A stretch of DNA of 63,944 nt, counting the filler, from an uncultured Methanosarcinales archaeon (GTDB lineage: Archaea > Nanobdellota > Nanobdellia > Woesearchaeales > JAGLXL01), in the NCBI GenBank assembly GCA_964472345.1. It is 6 parts of 6 records of this genome, joined end to end, with 100 filler letters (N's around TTAATTAATTAA, not from the genome) between each part and the next. Parts side by side here need not be neighbours in the genome. Positions count along the whole stretch, not along the records: positions 1 to 12,830 come from CAYYLB010000035.1; 5 more parts are not named here. The stretch is one strand, 5' to 3'. Below, piece after piece: positions 1-9,744 of this stretch (its first letter is position 1; each line of letters opens with the position of its first letter). The translations under genes and the position numbers were made by a program. The notes under the pieces are model-generated. The model had not been told where the DNA came from. It did no database searches and was given only the letters and a program-made list of their open reading frames with translations.

Positions 1-61
1 TCGCGTCAGCGGTCGTGAAAGCAAAGGATCCTGAACGCGCACTGCGCGCGCTGGTCGCGCC

Positions 62-784
62 TCACCCCCCGCGCTGATACGGCTGCTCATCCTCAAACTC
101 CTTGAATTCATGCTCCTGCTTCACGAGCGCTTCTCCGCCCGCACGCGACTGGTACGCACGCTTGAGCTTTTCTCCTGCCTGTGCGCTTGCCGTTGCGCTC
201 TGCGCCTCGCTGCCCGGAGTTCCCCGCGCCATCCGCTCAAGCTCCGTGTGCTCGCGCCGCGCGTACTCCGTTCTTAGTTCGCGTTCCGTCGAAAGCGTCG
301 GCGGCTGCGCTGCCTGGTAGATGCCTTCCCGGGCGCGCGGCGTTCCTGCCTCATATGTCAGGGGCTGCCGGGCCTCGTGCAGCGCGGCTGCATACTGCAC
401 CTCCGCCGGCGCCACCGGGCGCGGCGCTTCCCGCGCGACGCGATGCTCGAGCGACTCCTCTTCCGTTTCGCCTGCAGCGTGCTGCATGTGCGGTTCCGCA
501 GGCTCATCTTTCTCCTTCTGCTCAGTCCGCTTCCCCCCGCGCATCCGGTGCGCATCGAACATCTCCCGCTCCTCTCCCGTCTCGAGCTGCTCCTCGCGCT
601 CCGCAATCATCTGGGGAATCGGGATTTTCTCCTTCAGCTTCTGCTGCTCATTGAGCTCCTGCTCGCTGAGCTTCATGAGCGCTTGCGCTTCCTTGATCTC
701 TTTCTCGCGCTCCTCCGCAAGCTGCTTCAGCCTCCCGAGGCGCTCTTCCGCAGGGAGCTTTTTGAGGTCGTCGAGACTTGCCAT
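62..784 (-). CDS. hypothetical protein with N-terminal coiled coil
   Basis: 240-aa E/K/R-rich ORF; TATA-like TTTATA upstream on the minus strand near 808-815. Confidence 0.7.
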   Translation of the reverse strand: MASLDDLKKLPAEERLGRLKQLAEEREKEIKEAQALMKLSEQELNEQQKLKEKIPIPQMIAEREEQLETGEEREMFDAHRMRGGKRTEQKEKDEPAEPHMQHAAGETEEESLEHRVAREAPRPVAPAEVQYAAALHEARQPLTYEAGTPRAREGIYQAAQPPTLSTERELRTEYARREHTELERMARGTPGSEAQSATASAQAGEKLKRAYQSRAGGEALVKQEHEFKEFEDEQPYQRGG

Positions 785-976
785 TCTGCTGGATAAAGAA
801 GTAGCGGGATATAAACATTGCTCCTGGACGTCGCTGTTTGGATGTGTGAAGCGTCGCCGATGGCGGAGGTGCCAGTCGTTCTGGTGCCTTGACAGATAGC
901 TCCCGCTGCCGGCCGCGCGTGGGAAACAGAACTTTTATATATTCAAAGATATTCCATCATATCCGGGTGATTATGT

Positions 977-1189
977 GTGTGGTATTTTACCAGGCACGCT
1001 CTGGAAAAGATGGATGGTTTTGGGCTGGACAAAAAAGAGGTCCAAAGCATCGTGAGCCGTGGCATGAAATGGAAAGAGCGGGATCGGGAGATTTGGCATG
1101 CGCGGATGATGGGCACCGAAGTAGTGTTTGGTAGGGAAGAACAAGACATCGTGATCATCACTATCTATCGGGAAGGGAAACCAAGATGA
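977..1189 (+). CDS. DUF4258-like (RelE-fold) putative toxin
   Basis: FTRHALEKM N-terminus and IVIITIY C-terminus; ATGA overlap with the next gene. Confidence 0.7.
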   Translation: MWYFTRHALEKMDGFGLDKKEVQSIVSRGMKWKERDREIWHARMMGTEVVFGREEQDIVIITIYREGKPR

Positions 1190-1509
1190 AATGCGTCCTC
1201 TGCGGCGGGAAAACGGCACGGAAAGAGGTTGACTACGGGGAGTTGGGAATCCCTTTCGGCAGGTTCCTCGCTGAGGTGTGTGGCCAATGCGGTGAGGTGT
1301 ATTTCGATGAAAAGGCCGCGGAGCGCATCCAGCAGAGATCAAAGCAGCTCGGCGTCTTTGGGCTGGCACGGAAAGCGAAGGTCGCCGAAGTTGGGAACAG
1401 CATCGCCATCCGCATCCCGAAAGAGATTGCCACTTTCCTGGGTCTCAAGAAGGGGAAAGAAGTAACCGTCGTCCCCAAAAGCAGGCACGGCTTGGAAATT
1501 GAGGCGTGA
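1186..1509 (+). CDS. YgiT/MqsA-type Zn finger fused to AbrB/MazE domain; putative antitoxin
   Basis: CVLC...CGQCGE zinc ribbon, then GNSIAIRIPKEIATFLGLKKG AbrB signature. Confidence 0.8.
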   Translation: MKCVLCGGKTARKEVDYGELGIPFGRFLAEVCGQCGEVYFDEKAAERIQQRSKQLGVFGLARKAKVAEVGNSIAIRIPKEIATFLGLKKGKEVTVVPKSRHGLEIEA

Positions 1510-1517
1510 GCGCGTCC

Positions 1518-1783
1518 TTCCGGGCTTCAAGAAATGCCCGCTGTTGTCTTCGCCTGCCTTCAGTTATAGTAAATCGCAATGATATCTGAACTTTTTCGTT
1601 GCGATTTACTATTCTAGCAAATCTCCCAAATGTTCAATCATGAAGGAGATTTGCTATTACCACATGATCATCCCATGGCCTTTCTTGAAGCAGCGTCACT
1701 TCGTTCCGGGCTTCAAGAAAGTCACGCCTGTTCAATCGCCCGCCTCCAGTTACCACATGATCATCCCATGGCCTTTCTTGAAG
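1518..1783. repeat. cluster of direct and inverted repeats at a convergent gene junction
   Basis: Exact 34-bp direct repeat 1657-1690/1750-1783; 17-bp direct repeat 1518-1534/1704-1720; perfect inverted repeats 1566-1579/1599-1612, 1615-1626/1645-1656 and 1680-1691/1710-1721. Confidence 0.85.
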
Positions 1784-3162
1784 TTTTTGAACGTGAGGAA
1801 CAGCCGCAAGTTCAAATCGCTGCGCGCAGCGTCTTTCTCCTTCTTCAGCTTGTACGGGTCGATCTTCTTCTCCTTTTTCGGCTTTTTTATCTTCGGCTTC
1901 TTCGGGCCGAGAACATCACGGAATGCCTTCCGGTGCCATGTCTCTTCCGCCCCCTTTTCCTTCTTCTCTTCCCACACCTGCCCGGCTTCCTCAAGGTATT
2001 TCTTCAGCTCATCGCCGAGCGCGACCATCGCCGCCTCGACCGCTGAGGAGATTGTCTTCATCAGCTCGAAGTCCTCCGCGTCCTTCATCTTCACATAGTT
2101 CTCGACTTCCTCATGCTTCCAGACATAGCCGCGCAGATTCATCTCCATCTTGCCGACATGCACCGGGCCGCGCTGGTAGCCCTCCTGCACGAACTTCAGG
2201 CTCGGGCGCGTGCGGAAGTGGAACGTCGCGATGATGATGGTGTTGTAGTGCTCCCATGGCCTTCGCCCGACAAACTCGACGTCGACCATGCTGCTCTCGA
2301 ACGACGAGACAATCTCCGGATCGCTTGCGAAGCCGTGCTTCATCGTCAGCCGCTGCACGTGCCGCAGGTACGGCCGCACCCAGGCCATGTACATCTTGAT
2401 GATCTCAAAATGCTGCCGCAGGTACTGCAGCGTGAACTGCCGCCGCGTCTTCATCTCGCTGTGCGTGCGCTCCTTCCAGATGATGAACTGCTTGAGATGG
2501 CGCTTCAGCACCTCGATCACTTTGCGGTTGAACTCAAGGCTGTCGACATACGCATCAACCCCCTCATGCTCCATGGGCGGCGCATCGAAGAAAAGGTCCG
2601 GCAGCGTCGTGAACTCGAGCTCGCGGGACATCCCATAGACGCTCGCAGGGTTCTTCGCCCCGCCCTGCACGAGGTCGATGAAGATGCCCTTGAGCGTGAT
2701 CTCCGAGCTCTTCTTGCGCTGCTCGCGCGGCTTCTGCATCTGTTCTGCGGCGTCCTTGTAATATTCGAGGCGCTCGTCAAGGATGCGCAGCTCGCGCACG
2801 AGCTGGAACAGCTCCTTGATCATCTTGCCGATCGTCGCGAGATACTGCGAAACCTTGTCCTGCTGCGCCCCCAGCCGCTGCTGCGACACGCCAAAGAACG
2901 CCGAATTTTCCGCAGCCGCAAACACGTCTTCCGTCTTGATGATCTGGGGGAAGCCGAGATCCTGCTGGAAGTAATTGTGGATCCAGTAATACGGCTCCTC
3001 GATGCTCAGGTCATGCACCTCCCAGATGATCTTGAACCGCTTGATGGGCTTGGGATAGCCGGTCTTCCGGTAGCTCGCCCCCTTCCCAGGATCGCCAACA
3101 TAGGGAACCTCTTCCCATTCCTCCTCAAATCCGAACTTTGAGAGCAATTCGCCGCTGACCAT
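1750..3162 (-). CDS. hypothetical protein (about 470 aa)
   Basis: Long ORF with strong codon bias; start moved to MVSGELL, downstream of TATA-like TTTATAAA near 3196-3203. Confidence 0.8.
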   Translation of the reverse strand: MVSGELLSKFGFEEEWEEVPYVGDPGKGASYRKTGYPKPIKRFKIIWEVHDLSIEEPYYWIHNYFQQDLGFPQIIKTEDVFAAAENSAFFGVSQQRLGAQQDKVSQYLATIGKMIKELFQLVRELRILDERLEYYKDAAEQMQKPREQRKKSSEITLKGIFIDLVQGGAKNPASVYGMSRELEFTTLPDLFFDAPPMEHEGVDAYVDSLEFNRKVIEVLKRHLKQFIIWKERTHSEMKTRRQFTLQYLRQHFEIIKMYMAWVRPYLRHVQRLTMKHGFASDPEIVSSFESSMVDVEFVGRRPWEHYNTIIIATFHFRTRPSLKFVQEGYQRGPVHVGKMEMNLRGYVWKHEEVENYVKMKDAEDFELMKTISSAVEAAMVALGDELKKYLEEAGQVWEEKKEKGAEETWHRKAFRDVLGPKKPKIKKPKKEKKIDPYKLKKEKDAARSDLNLRLFLTFKNFKKGHGMIMW

Positions 3163-3328
3163 CGCCTTTTTTCTTTCTGGTGAAGCTCCGCGCTGTTTAT
3201 AAACGCTTCGATGGAATAGGGCTGGTGCGGAATTCAGCGCTGGCGCGAACATCATCTCGGCCGCGGGCGCCCGGTGTGAAACATATGCATGCTGTTAAGT
3301 CCTCGCGAATACTTGGGGTGGTTGATTG

Positions 3329-3470
3329 CTCAAACTGAGTACATACTCCGCAGCTTCTTGCCGAGCGGAGCGAGCGCAAGTAGCGTAGCGCACTACGCGT
3401 TGCTGCGATTTATAGTTACTCAGTTCGAGGCTTAAAAATCCCCACAGCTTGCTGTGGCTGGGATTTTTAA
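3329..3470. repeat. structured intergenic element with two imperfect hairpins
   Basis: CTCAAACTGAGTA...TACTCAGTTCGAG arms (3329-3429) and TTAAAAATCCCCACAGCTTGCTGTGGCTGGGATTTTTAA (3432-3470). Confidence 0.6.
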
Positions 3471-3701
3471 TTTTAGTGCAACGTTCCGCAGCGAAGCGAA
3501 GGAAAAATTCAAAGTAAATTTGAAGTCCGTCTATCCAGCGAACAAAGTGCGCAATCAAGACACAGAATCAAATGGCAGTTTCTATTCATCAAAGCCAAAG
3601 GCTCATCAACTTAAAGAATCTATCGGGTCGCTTTCTCGTAGTTTTTAGTACTACTATTTAATGGCGAAAGATATTTAAACCACCCCCCCATTTGTGATGT
3701 T

Positions 3702-4643
3702 ATGTTTGAGCATAAAGTACTTTATACTTCAGATGTGCATGGTAATACAAAGCAGTTGAAGGCCTTGGTAGATTATGCTCTAGGAGTTAGACCTGATACC
3801 ATTATTATTGCGGGAGAACTTGCACCAAAAGAGAAGAGATTGGGAACTCCTCAATATATTGATTCTCAGAGGAGATTTTTACAAGATAATTTTCCAGAAA
3901 TAGTAAGATCATTAAAAGTACAACTGCCTGATGCTGCTGTTTTTGTTACATTAGGAAATGATGATTGCGCGGTTAATGCTAAAGTTCTGGATGCTCATTC
4001 TGATTTGTTTTATTATGTTCATGGAAAAAGAGCACCATTAGCAGAAGGTTATGATATTGTTGGTTATTCTTTTGTTCCAATAACACCATTTGGTCTTAAA
4101 GATTTTGAGAAACATGATTTAAGCAGAGTTTCTGCTTCTGTAAAAGATGACTACGCGAGACTTCTCAATAATGCTTCACATCAAGGGGTTAAAAGCACAC
4201 CGCAAGGATGGGTAGAACATACTTTTGTTCCAGCAGATGCTTTGGATAGTTCAATTCAAAGAGATTTAGAAGATTCATTATTTACTGACAACGCTGGAAA
4301 AACTGTATATGTGTTTCATACACCACCATATGGTACTATTCTTGATGTGATAACAGCCCGAATAACTGGGGGGAGCGTTCATGTGGGAAGTTTTGCGGTT
4401 AGGGATTTTATCAAAATACATCAACCTCTTGTCACTCTTCATGGTCACATCCATGAAACTGTTGATTTGAGTGGTGGGCGGTTTATAGAAAAAACAGAAA
4501 AATCTTTTTCCATGTCTGCTGGTAATGATAATCATGCTTCAAAATTATCTGTTTTAGTTTTTGATTTATATCAACCGGAAACAGCACAAAGGGTACAATT
4601 GCCATGCACTGCTTTGGGTAAACTTGCAGCGAAGTTTTTTTGA
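3702..4643 (+). CDS. calcineurin-like metallophosphoesterase (Icc-related), AT-rich
   Basis: SDVHGN, AGE, GNDD, HTPPY and HGHIHE motifs; GC markedly lower than flanks. Confidence 0.85.
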   Translation: MFEHKVLYTSDVHGNTKQLKALVDYALGVRPDTIIIAGELAPKEKRLGTPQYIDSQRRFLQDNFPEIVRSLKVQLPDAAVFVTLGNDDCAVNAKVLDAHSDLFYYVHGKRAPLAEGYDIVGYSFVPITPFGLKDFEKHDLSRVSASVKDDYARLLNNASHQGVKSTPQGWVEHTFVPADALDSSIQRDLEDSLFTDNAGKTVYVFHTPPYGTILDVITARITGGSVHVGSFAVRDFIKIHQPLVTLHGHIHETVDLSGGRFIEKTEKSFSMSAGNDNHASKLSVLVFDLYQPETAQRVQLPCTALGKLAAKFF

Positions 4644-4750
4644 AAGCGCTCCCATTAAGTTTTTTAGAAATTGCCCTCTTCTACTTTCAGGACCTTAAAT
4701 TTATTGAGTTTAACAACCTTTATAAGCACTCACGCCATTCTCCCGCCGCA

Positions 4751-5323
4751 ATGGTCGACGTCCGCCGCATTATCGTGATTTTTGTCGTTGCCGTACTCTT
4801 CACTATCCTGGTCAATGTCTCCATCGATGCATTCTACCAGCCGCCGGAGTATCACCGCTACTGCACGGACAGCACTCCCAAGTATGTGCCGCTGGCGCGC
4901 GAGGCGCCGTGCGAGCCGTTCCAGCCGCCGGACGGGCTGCGGGAAAGCTGCACGCCGGAGCGCGGCGCGATCATATACCGCACCGACAGCAGTGGCTGCC
5001 CCATCGAGGCGTTCTGCGACCCCTGCAGCGTGCGCTTTGAGCTTGCGCAGTCGCGCTACAATTTCATCGTCTTCGTCGTTTCCGCTGTCGCCGGCCTGCT
5101 CGCGCTCATCGCGGGGCTCTTCCTCCCGCAAAAGAAGAACATCATCAACGAATGGGTCGGCTCCGGCTTCCTCCTCGGTGGCCTGCTCGCGATTTTTGTC
5201 GGAACCGCGCGCTACTTCGGCGACATGGGCCGCGCCATGCGTCCGGTCGTCATCCTCCTCGAGCTTGTGCTGTTTCTTTACCTGACCTACCGCTGGCTGG
5301 GCTCGCGCATCAGGAAACGCTAG
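4751..5323 (+). CDS. membrane protein with Cys-rich extracellular loop
   Basis: About four hydrophobic segments; six-Cys loop; start at MVDVRR. Confidence 0.75.
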   Translation: MVDVRRIIVIFVVAVLFTILVNVSIDAFYQPPEYHRYCTDSTPKYVPLAREAPCEPFQPPDGLRESCTPERGAIIYRTDSSGCPIEAFCDPCSVRFELAQSRYNFIVFVVSAVAGLLALIAGLFLPQKKNIINEWVGSGFLLGGLLAIFVGTARYFGDMGRAMRPVVILLELVLFLYLTYRWLGSRIRKR

Positions 5324-6162
5324 CTCGTGCAGTCAAACCACACCAGCTGCCCAGGCGCCCGCGTCCCGACATACCCGTAATAGCCTTTCTTCGCCGCACG
5401 CCGGTACGCGTCGCACGCGGCGCGCTTCTTCTCCGAATAGTCAATGGCAAAGATCAGCTTTCCTTTTCCTTTCAAGGTGTCAAGCGGCTCTTCCGCTGCC
5501 GTTATCGAACGGGGGCTCTTGAGCAGGTTGTCAGAATACCACACTTCCTCGGCGCTCACCCCGTCAACCGCGGAGACAAAGCGCCCGTCATGCGCGAGCA
5601 TCGTCCCATTGCGCACCACGATCAGGAAACCGGCGTTGCGCCCCTTGGCATACGCGGACACGTCCGCCAGGAGCTCAACCATAAGTTTTTCCGTATGGAG
5701 AAAATTCTGCTCTCCCCAATAGGTGTGCACATCAGCATCGTCGAGGAACGCGCCGCTGTAATTCGCCTCGATCAGCTGCCGCACCTGCGTCACGACGATC
5801 TGCTGCCAGTCCTGCTCCCAGTACTTCACCTGCCGCTTTCCTGTCCCGTCGTCGTCGCCCATCCAGGCCGGCGGCGCGCTCTGCCATTCCGGCTTCCAGT
5901 AGCTGCGCTCAGGCATTGCTTTGCCCACGCTCATGAGCCCCAGGACACGGATGGTCGCGTTGGGCTTCTCAAAAGCGGCAAGCTGCTCAGCCGTCCAGCC
6001 GGTCTTCTCCGCGTCAACGACGGCGAATGAGATGTTCCTTGCGGCAAGTTCGCTGAGCTGCGCGTCCTGAAGCTGGATGATGAATCCCGGCTTTGCCGTT
6101 TCCTGGGGGGCGCACGCTGCAAGGACAAGCAACAGCGCCGCAACCACCGCTTTTTGTATCAT
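5320..6162 (-). CDS. GH114-like (endo-alpha-1,4-polygalactosaminidase-like) lipoprotein
   Basis: Lipobox LAAC; SVGKA..RSYW, YSGAFLDDAD, DGVSAEEVW and IFAIDY motifs. Confidence 0.75.
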   Translation of the reverse strand: MIQKAVVAALLLVLAACAPQETAKPGFIIQLQDAQLSELAARNISFAVVDAEKTGWTAEQLAAFEKPNATIRVLGLMSVGKAMPERSYWKPEWQSAPPAWMGDDDGTGKRQVKYWEQDWQQIVVTQVRQLIEANYSGAFLDDADVHTYWGEQNFLHTEKLMVELLADVSAYAKGRNAGFLIVVRNGTMLAHDGRFVSAVDGVSAEEVWYSDNLLKSPRSITAAEEPLDTLKGKGKLIFAIDYSEKKRAACDAYRRAAKKGYYGYVGTRAPGQLVWFDCTS

Positions 6163-6458
6163 GAAAGATGGGCCCGCCCAGATTGCCGTGGCAGCGCTTC
6201 CTGTTCAGCCCCGCCCATTCGAACTGGGGACCTCAACCGTACCCAGCACTCGCGTGCGTGTGAGGGTTGTGTCATGTGCAGTGCAGCTTCGCCGCAAAAC
6301 CGCTAGACCACGGGCCCTCTTCTGCAGGAAATGGGCGCCTGCTTTAAAAAACCTTCGTGGAACTGCGGTCAGCATCAGTCGACCCTCAGCTCACAAAAAC
6401 TTTAAATAGGGATGAAGAATACCTCCTCCAGAAACATAATCCGACGGGGTGGACAGCA

Positions 6459-6767
6459 ATGGCAGACATCAAAAAGCGGAACATCTTTCTCGTGTACCTG
6501 TTTATGATCATCACGTTCGGCATCTACGGCATCTACTGGCTCGTTTCGACGAAAAATGAGATGAACAGCCTCGGTGCGAAGATTCCGACAGCCTGGCTGC
6601 TTATCGTGCCCATCGCCAACATCTACTGGGAGTACAAGTACGCCGAGGGTTTCGCGACGAGGCTCAAGAAGGACAACAACACCGTCCTCTGGTTCCTGGT
6701 GATAATTATCATCGGAATCGTGATGCCTGCGCTCGTGCAGTCAGAACTCAACAAGCTGGCGAGATAG
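6459..6767 (+). CDS. DUF4234-like small membrane protein
   Basis: [11 protein letters not shown] and VQSELNK motifs. Confidence 0.8.
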   Translation: MADIKKRNIFLVYLFMIITFGIYGIYWLVSTKNEMNSLGAKIPTAWLLIVPIANIYWEYKYAEGFATRLKKDNNTVLWFLVIIIIGIVMPALVQSELNKLAR

Positions 6768-6819
6768 CTGCTCATCCGCTCTTCTTTTCTTTCTTTTCTT
6801 CCCGTCGAGGGCGCAGCGC

Positions 6820-7161
6820 TCATGAAATATCCCGGTGCGTCTCGTACATGAACGCGGCATGCCGGTTGTGCTTCCGCAGCTCACGGGCGGCGTGCTGGGC
6901 AATCGCATCCGAGCTGATCTCGCGGCGGTGCCGCACTGCAGTGCTCACGCGCCGTGCGACGGCATCAGCAATCTTCTCGCACGCCTGTTCTGGCTCGCCG
7001 ACCACCGAGCAGGCCGCGTACACCGAGCCGTAGACCTTGCGCTCGTCGTAGGCGTGGCAGGCATTCCCCCCGCCCCGCTTCACGACGCAGGTGGCTTTCG
7101 GCGGCACGCGCTTTCGCTGCCCCGGTGCTTTTCGCCTTTTTGCTGTGTGTCGTACCATCAA
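6820..7161 (-). CDS. stand-alone ATP-cone domain protein
   Basis: VVKRGG...YDERKV...ISSDAI pattern. Confidence 0.65.
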   Translation of the reverse strand: MMVRHTAKRRKAPGQRKRVPPKATCVVKRGGGNACHAYDERKVYGSVYAACSVVGEPEQACEKIADAVARRVSTAVRHRREISSDAIAQHAARELRKHNRHAAFMYETHRDIS

Positions 7162-7164
7162 TTA

Positions 7165-7875
7165 TCACCCGAAATTCATCGTCCCGTTCGCGATGAGCAT
7201 GAGCAGCCAGCCCAATGCAACAAGCAGCAGGCCGATGAACAGCCTCATGTAGGGCCGCGCATGCTGCTTCCACACCTTGATCTCATGCAGCTTCTTGCCC
7301 GCGGCAACCAGCACGAGGATCGTGATCAGCGGCAGCGTGAAAATCACGTTGTAGAGGATGAGCATCAGGAACGCGGTGAAGTCAAAATACTGCGACAGCA
7401 GCGTGATGATGGCCAGGTACGGCGCACCGGTGCATGGCAGCTCCACACCTGACACGAATGCCCCGAGGAAGATGACGCCGGGGATGGTGGTGCGCGAGCT
7501 CCAGACATGGATCTTCTTTGCGTAGCGCGCGGGGATGTTCAGCGAGAACCAGCGGCCGTACCAGAAGAAGTCCTTGATCTCGATCACGCCTGCGAGGATG
7601 ATCAGGACGCCGACGCTGATGGACAGGTACTCCGTCAGCCAGAGGGGTATCTTGCTGAAAAAATACACGAGGCCGAGCCCCGCTGCCAGATAGACCAAGA
7701 ATGCGGACAGGATGTACAGCCCGCCGAGGAGCAGCATGCGCTTCGTCGACTGCCGCGCTCCGAGCATCACGGAAATCATCAGGATCAGCACGCCGATGGC
7801 GCAGGGATTGATCGAGTCGATCGCCGCGGTGACGATCACCGTTCCGAGCGTCGGCAGGTAGGCTTCAACCGCCAC
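7165..7875 (-). CDS. CcdA/DsbD-like transmembrane protein
   Basis: DSINPCA and ELPCTGAPY motifs; about six TM segments; GTG start overlapping the upstream stop. Confidence 0.8.
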   Translation of the reverse strand: MAVEAYLPTLGTVIVTAAIDSINPCAIGVLILMISVMLGARQSTKRMLLLGGLYILSAFLVYLAAGLGLVYFFSKIPLWLTEYLSISVGVLIILAGVIEIKDFFWYGRWFSLNIPARYAKKIHVWSSRTTIPGVIFLGAFVSGVELPCTGAPYLAIITLLSQYFDFTAFLMLILYNVIFTLPLITILVLVAAGKKLHEIKVWKQHARPYMRLFIGLLLVALGWLLMLIANGTMNFG

Positions 7876-8764
7876 GGAGCTCACCCCGTTGCTGCGCGGC
7901 GCGATAGCTGCTGCAGAGCCTTTCGGTCGCTTCCTTTTCAGCGTCAAGCTCGACAATGATGCAGTCGCCCGGCGGGACCTGCCCGTACGGCGCGAGCACA
8001 TAATCCTCAAAATCCTGGACTTTGCGCTGCCGCACATCCCAGGAGCCGCGCTCATCAGGGTTCGTCACCTTGTACACGAACACCTGCACCTTCCCCGGCC
8101 GTCCGTTGCACAGCTGCCCGTCGAGCGCCGTCACATCGCCTCCGTGGGTTGGCACACGGAACATCCCGTCGCGCAGCTCGCCGCCGACGGTCTCGAAGAA
8201 GTGATGCAGTGAAACATCTGCCACACCAACAACAACCCCCTCGACGTGGATCCGGTTATCATTGTGCTCATGGAACAGTGTTGTCCCCACCCGGTTGGAC
8301 ATTCCCGTCGGATCCTCGAGCTCAAGCTGCTCGCCGCAGCTCCAAACCTCGAAATCAGCGTGCCAGTGGACCGGTCCGTTGCTTTCCGAAATGGTGTTCA
8401 GGTAGATCGTCGTTCCCGCCGAATAGGCCGTCGCGAGGAGCACAGGAATGATAATGCCAAGGAACAGCGCCCACTTCAGCCGCTCGCTCGCGTGATGCAC
8501 GCCCGTGTCCCCATCAAGCGCCATCGCGATGAGGACAAGGATGAGCGCCAGCGTCCCCATCACCACGATGCCGAGAAAGGCGCGGTGCTTGAGGGTGAGC
8601 GCAAGGTCAGCAGTCCTCGCGGGGGAAGCAGCCCCATCGTTTTCCTCCTCATGCGCAGTGGCAGCCTCCGCCGCCTCCGGTCCCTCTTCGTGCGCGTATG
8701 CCGCCAGGGCACCGAGAACGAGCATGAGTGCCAGCGCTGCTGCGATAAAGCGTAACGTCACCAT
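7865..8764 (-). CDS. membrane-anchored His-rich putative metal-binding protein
   Basis: Signal peptide, two TM segments, HWHADF and HEHNDNRIHVEG. Confidence 0.7.
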   Translation of the reverse strand: MVTLRFIAAALALMLVLGALAAYAHEEGPEAAEAATAHEEENDGAASPARTADLALTLKHRAFLGIVVMGTLALILVLIAMALDGDTGVHHASERLKWALFLGIIIPVLLATAYSAGTTIYLNTISESNGPVHWHADFEVWSCGEQLELEDPTGMSNRVGTTLFHEHNDNRIHVEGVVVGVADVSLHHFFETVGGELRDGMFRVPTHGGDVTALDGQLCNGRPGKVQVFVYKVTNPDERGSWDVRQRKVQDFEDYVLAPYGQVPPGDCIIVELDAEKEATERLCSSYRAAQQRGELRGG

Positions 8765-8940
8765 CTTTTTGAAAGGAGAAACGGGCTGTTTTTATATAGT
8801 TTACCTAACCAAGAATACGCGTTCGCCCCGGTCCCGCGCCACCACCCCCCATCAAAACGCCGTAGCCCCTTTCAGCATCCTATGCTACGCCCGGCGCATC
8901 CCCTGCTGAAGAATCCCCGGAGCGGCATGACCCCCCCCAT

Positions 8941-9480
8941 TTAGGGCACAACCACATAGATCTTCTTCACCGTGTCGTACGGCTGCCCGTTGGAGAGCAC
9001 GCGCACGTTGAAGATGTACGTTCCCGGAGGAGCATTCTTCGGCACGCTCACGAGCACCGGCACGCTGCGGCGCTCGCCATGCCCCAGCGGAAACGCATTC
9101 CGCTCATAGCGCAGCCACGCGAGCTGCCGGAGCTGCGCAAGCTGCTGCGGACTCATCTCCGTGTCGTCATTCCGCACGCCCTTGGCCAGCTCCACGGAAA
9201 CCTCAAACAGCCCCTCTCCGCCGCTGTTCAGCACCCCGGCGCCGAACAGGTGCGACGTGCCGCGGTTAATGGTCTGCGTGCTGAAGGGGACGGCAATCTG
9301 CTGCCCCTGCTCGAGCAGCGCGGCAAGCTGCTGCTCCGTCTGCTGGTCCAGCTCGAGCTTGATATCTTCCGCACCCCCCACGAGCTGCCGGAGGATGAGG
9401 ATGCCAAGGCCCAGCAGCGTGACCGCTAGGATGATCGTTACGATGAAATTGAATGACAGCTGAATGGTGCCGCGGTTCAT
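8941..9480 (-). CDS. type IV pilin-like protein (class III signal peptide)
   Basis: MNRG/TIQLSFNFIVTIILAVTLLGLG N-terminus; beta-rich C-terminal domain. Confidence 0.75.
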   Translation of the reverse strand: MNRGTIQLSFNFIVTIILAVTLLGLGILILRQLVGGAEDIKLELDQQTEQQLAALLEQGQQIAVPFSTQTINRGTSHLFGAGVLNSGGEGLFEVSVELAKGVRNDDTEMSPQQLAQLRQLAWLRYERNAFPLGHGERRSVPVLVSVPKNAPPGTYIFNVRVLSNGQPYDTVKKIYVVVP

Positions 9481-9519
9481 GCGCCCACCTTCGCTGCGGC
9501 CGCTCGCTCTGCCGCGCCG

Positions 9520-9744
9520 TTACCGCCGCAGGTCATATTCCTTCACGAGAATGATCATGAACAGCACAAGCACCACCGCCCCCGCGACGAGGTACCAGAC
9601 GCCCGGGCTGAGCATCGCGTCCCTCACGATGACGAACAGGCCCAGGCCCATGACAATGAAGCCGATCCACAGGAACTTGTCGAGCACCATCTTCAGGATC
9701 TCGAATTCCTGCTCCTCAGTCATGCGGTGTTTCATGTGACTCAC
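9520..9744 (-). CDS. small two-TM membrane protein
   Basis: 74 aa, two hydrophobic helices, co-oriented within the pilin cluster. Confidence 0.75.
   Translation of the reverse strand: MSHMKHRMTEEQEFEILKMVLDKFLWIGFIVMGLGLFVIVRDAMLSPGVWYLVAGAVVLVLFMIILVKEYDLRR

Noticed and set aside
2113..3141. Long antisense ORFs (also 36317..37555, 46227..47573, 13376..14332 and others)
   Set aside because: Shadow frames of GC-rich genes with strong codon bias on the opposite strand; no recognisable motifs.
6163..6420. GC-rich intergenic stretch as a possible ncRNA
   Set aside because: Only short, weak similarities to other intergenic regions (for example GGAACTGCGGT near 42855) and no convincing fold.
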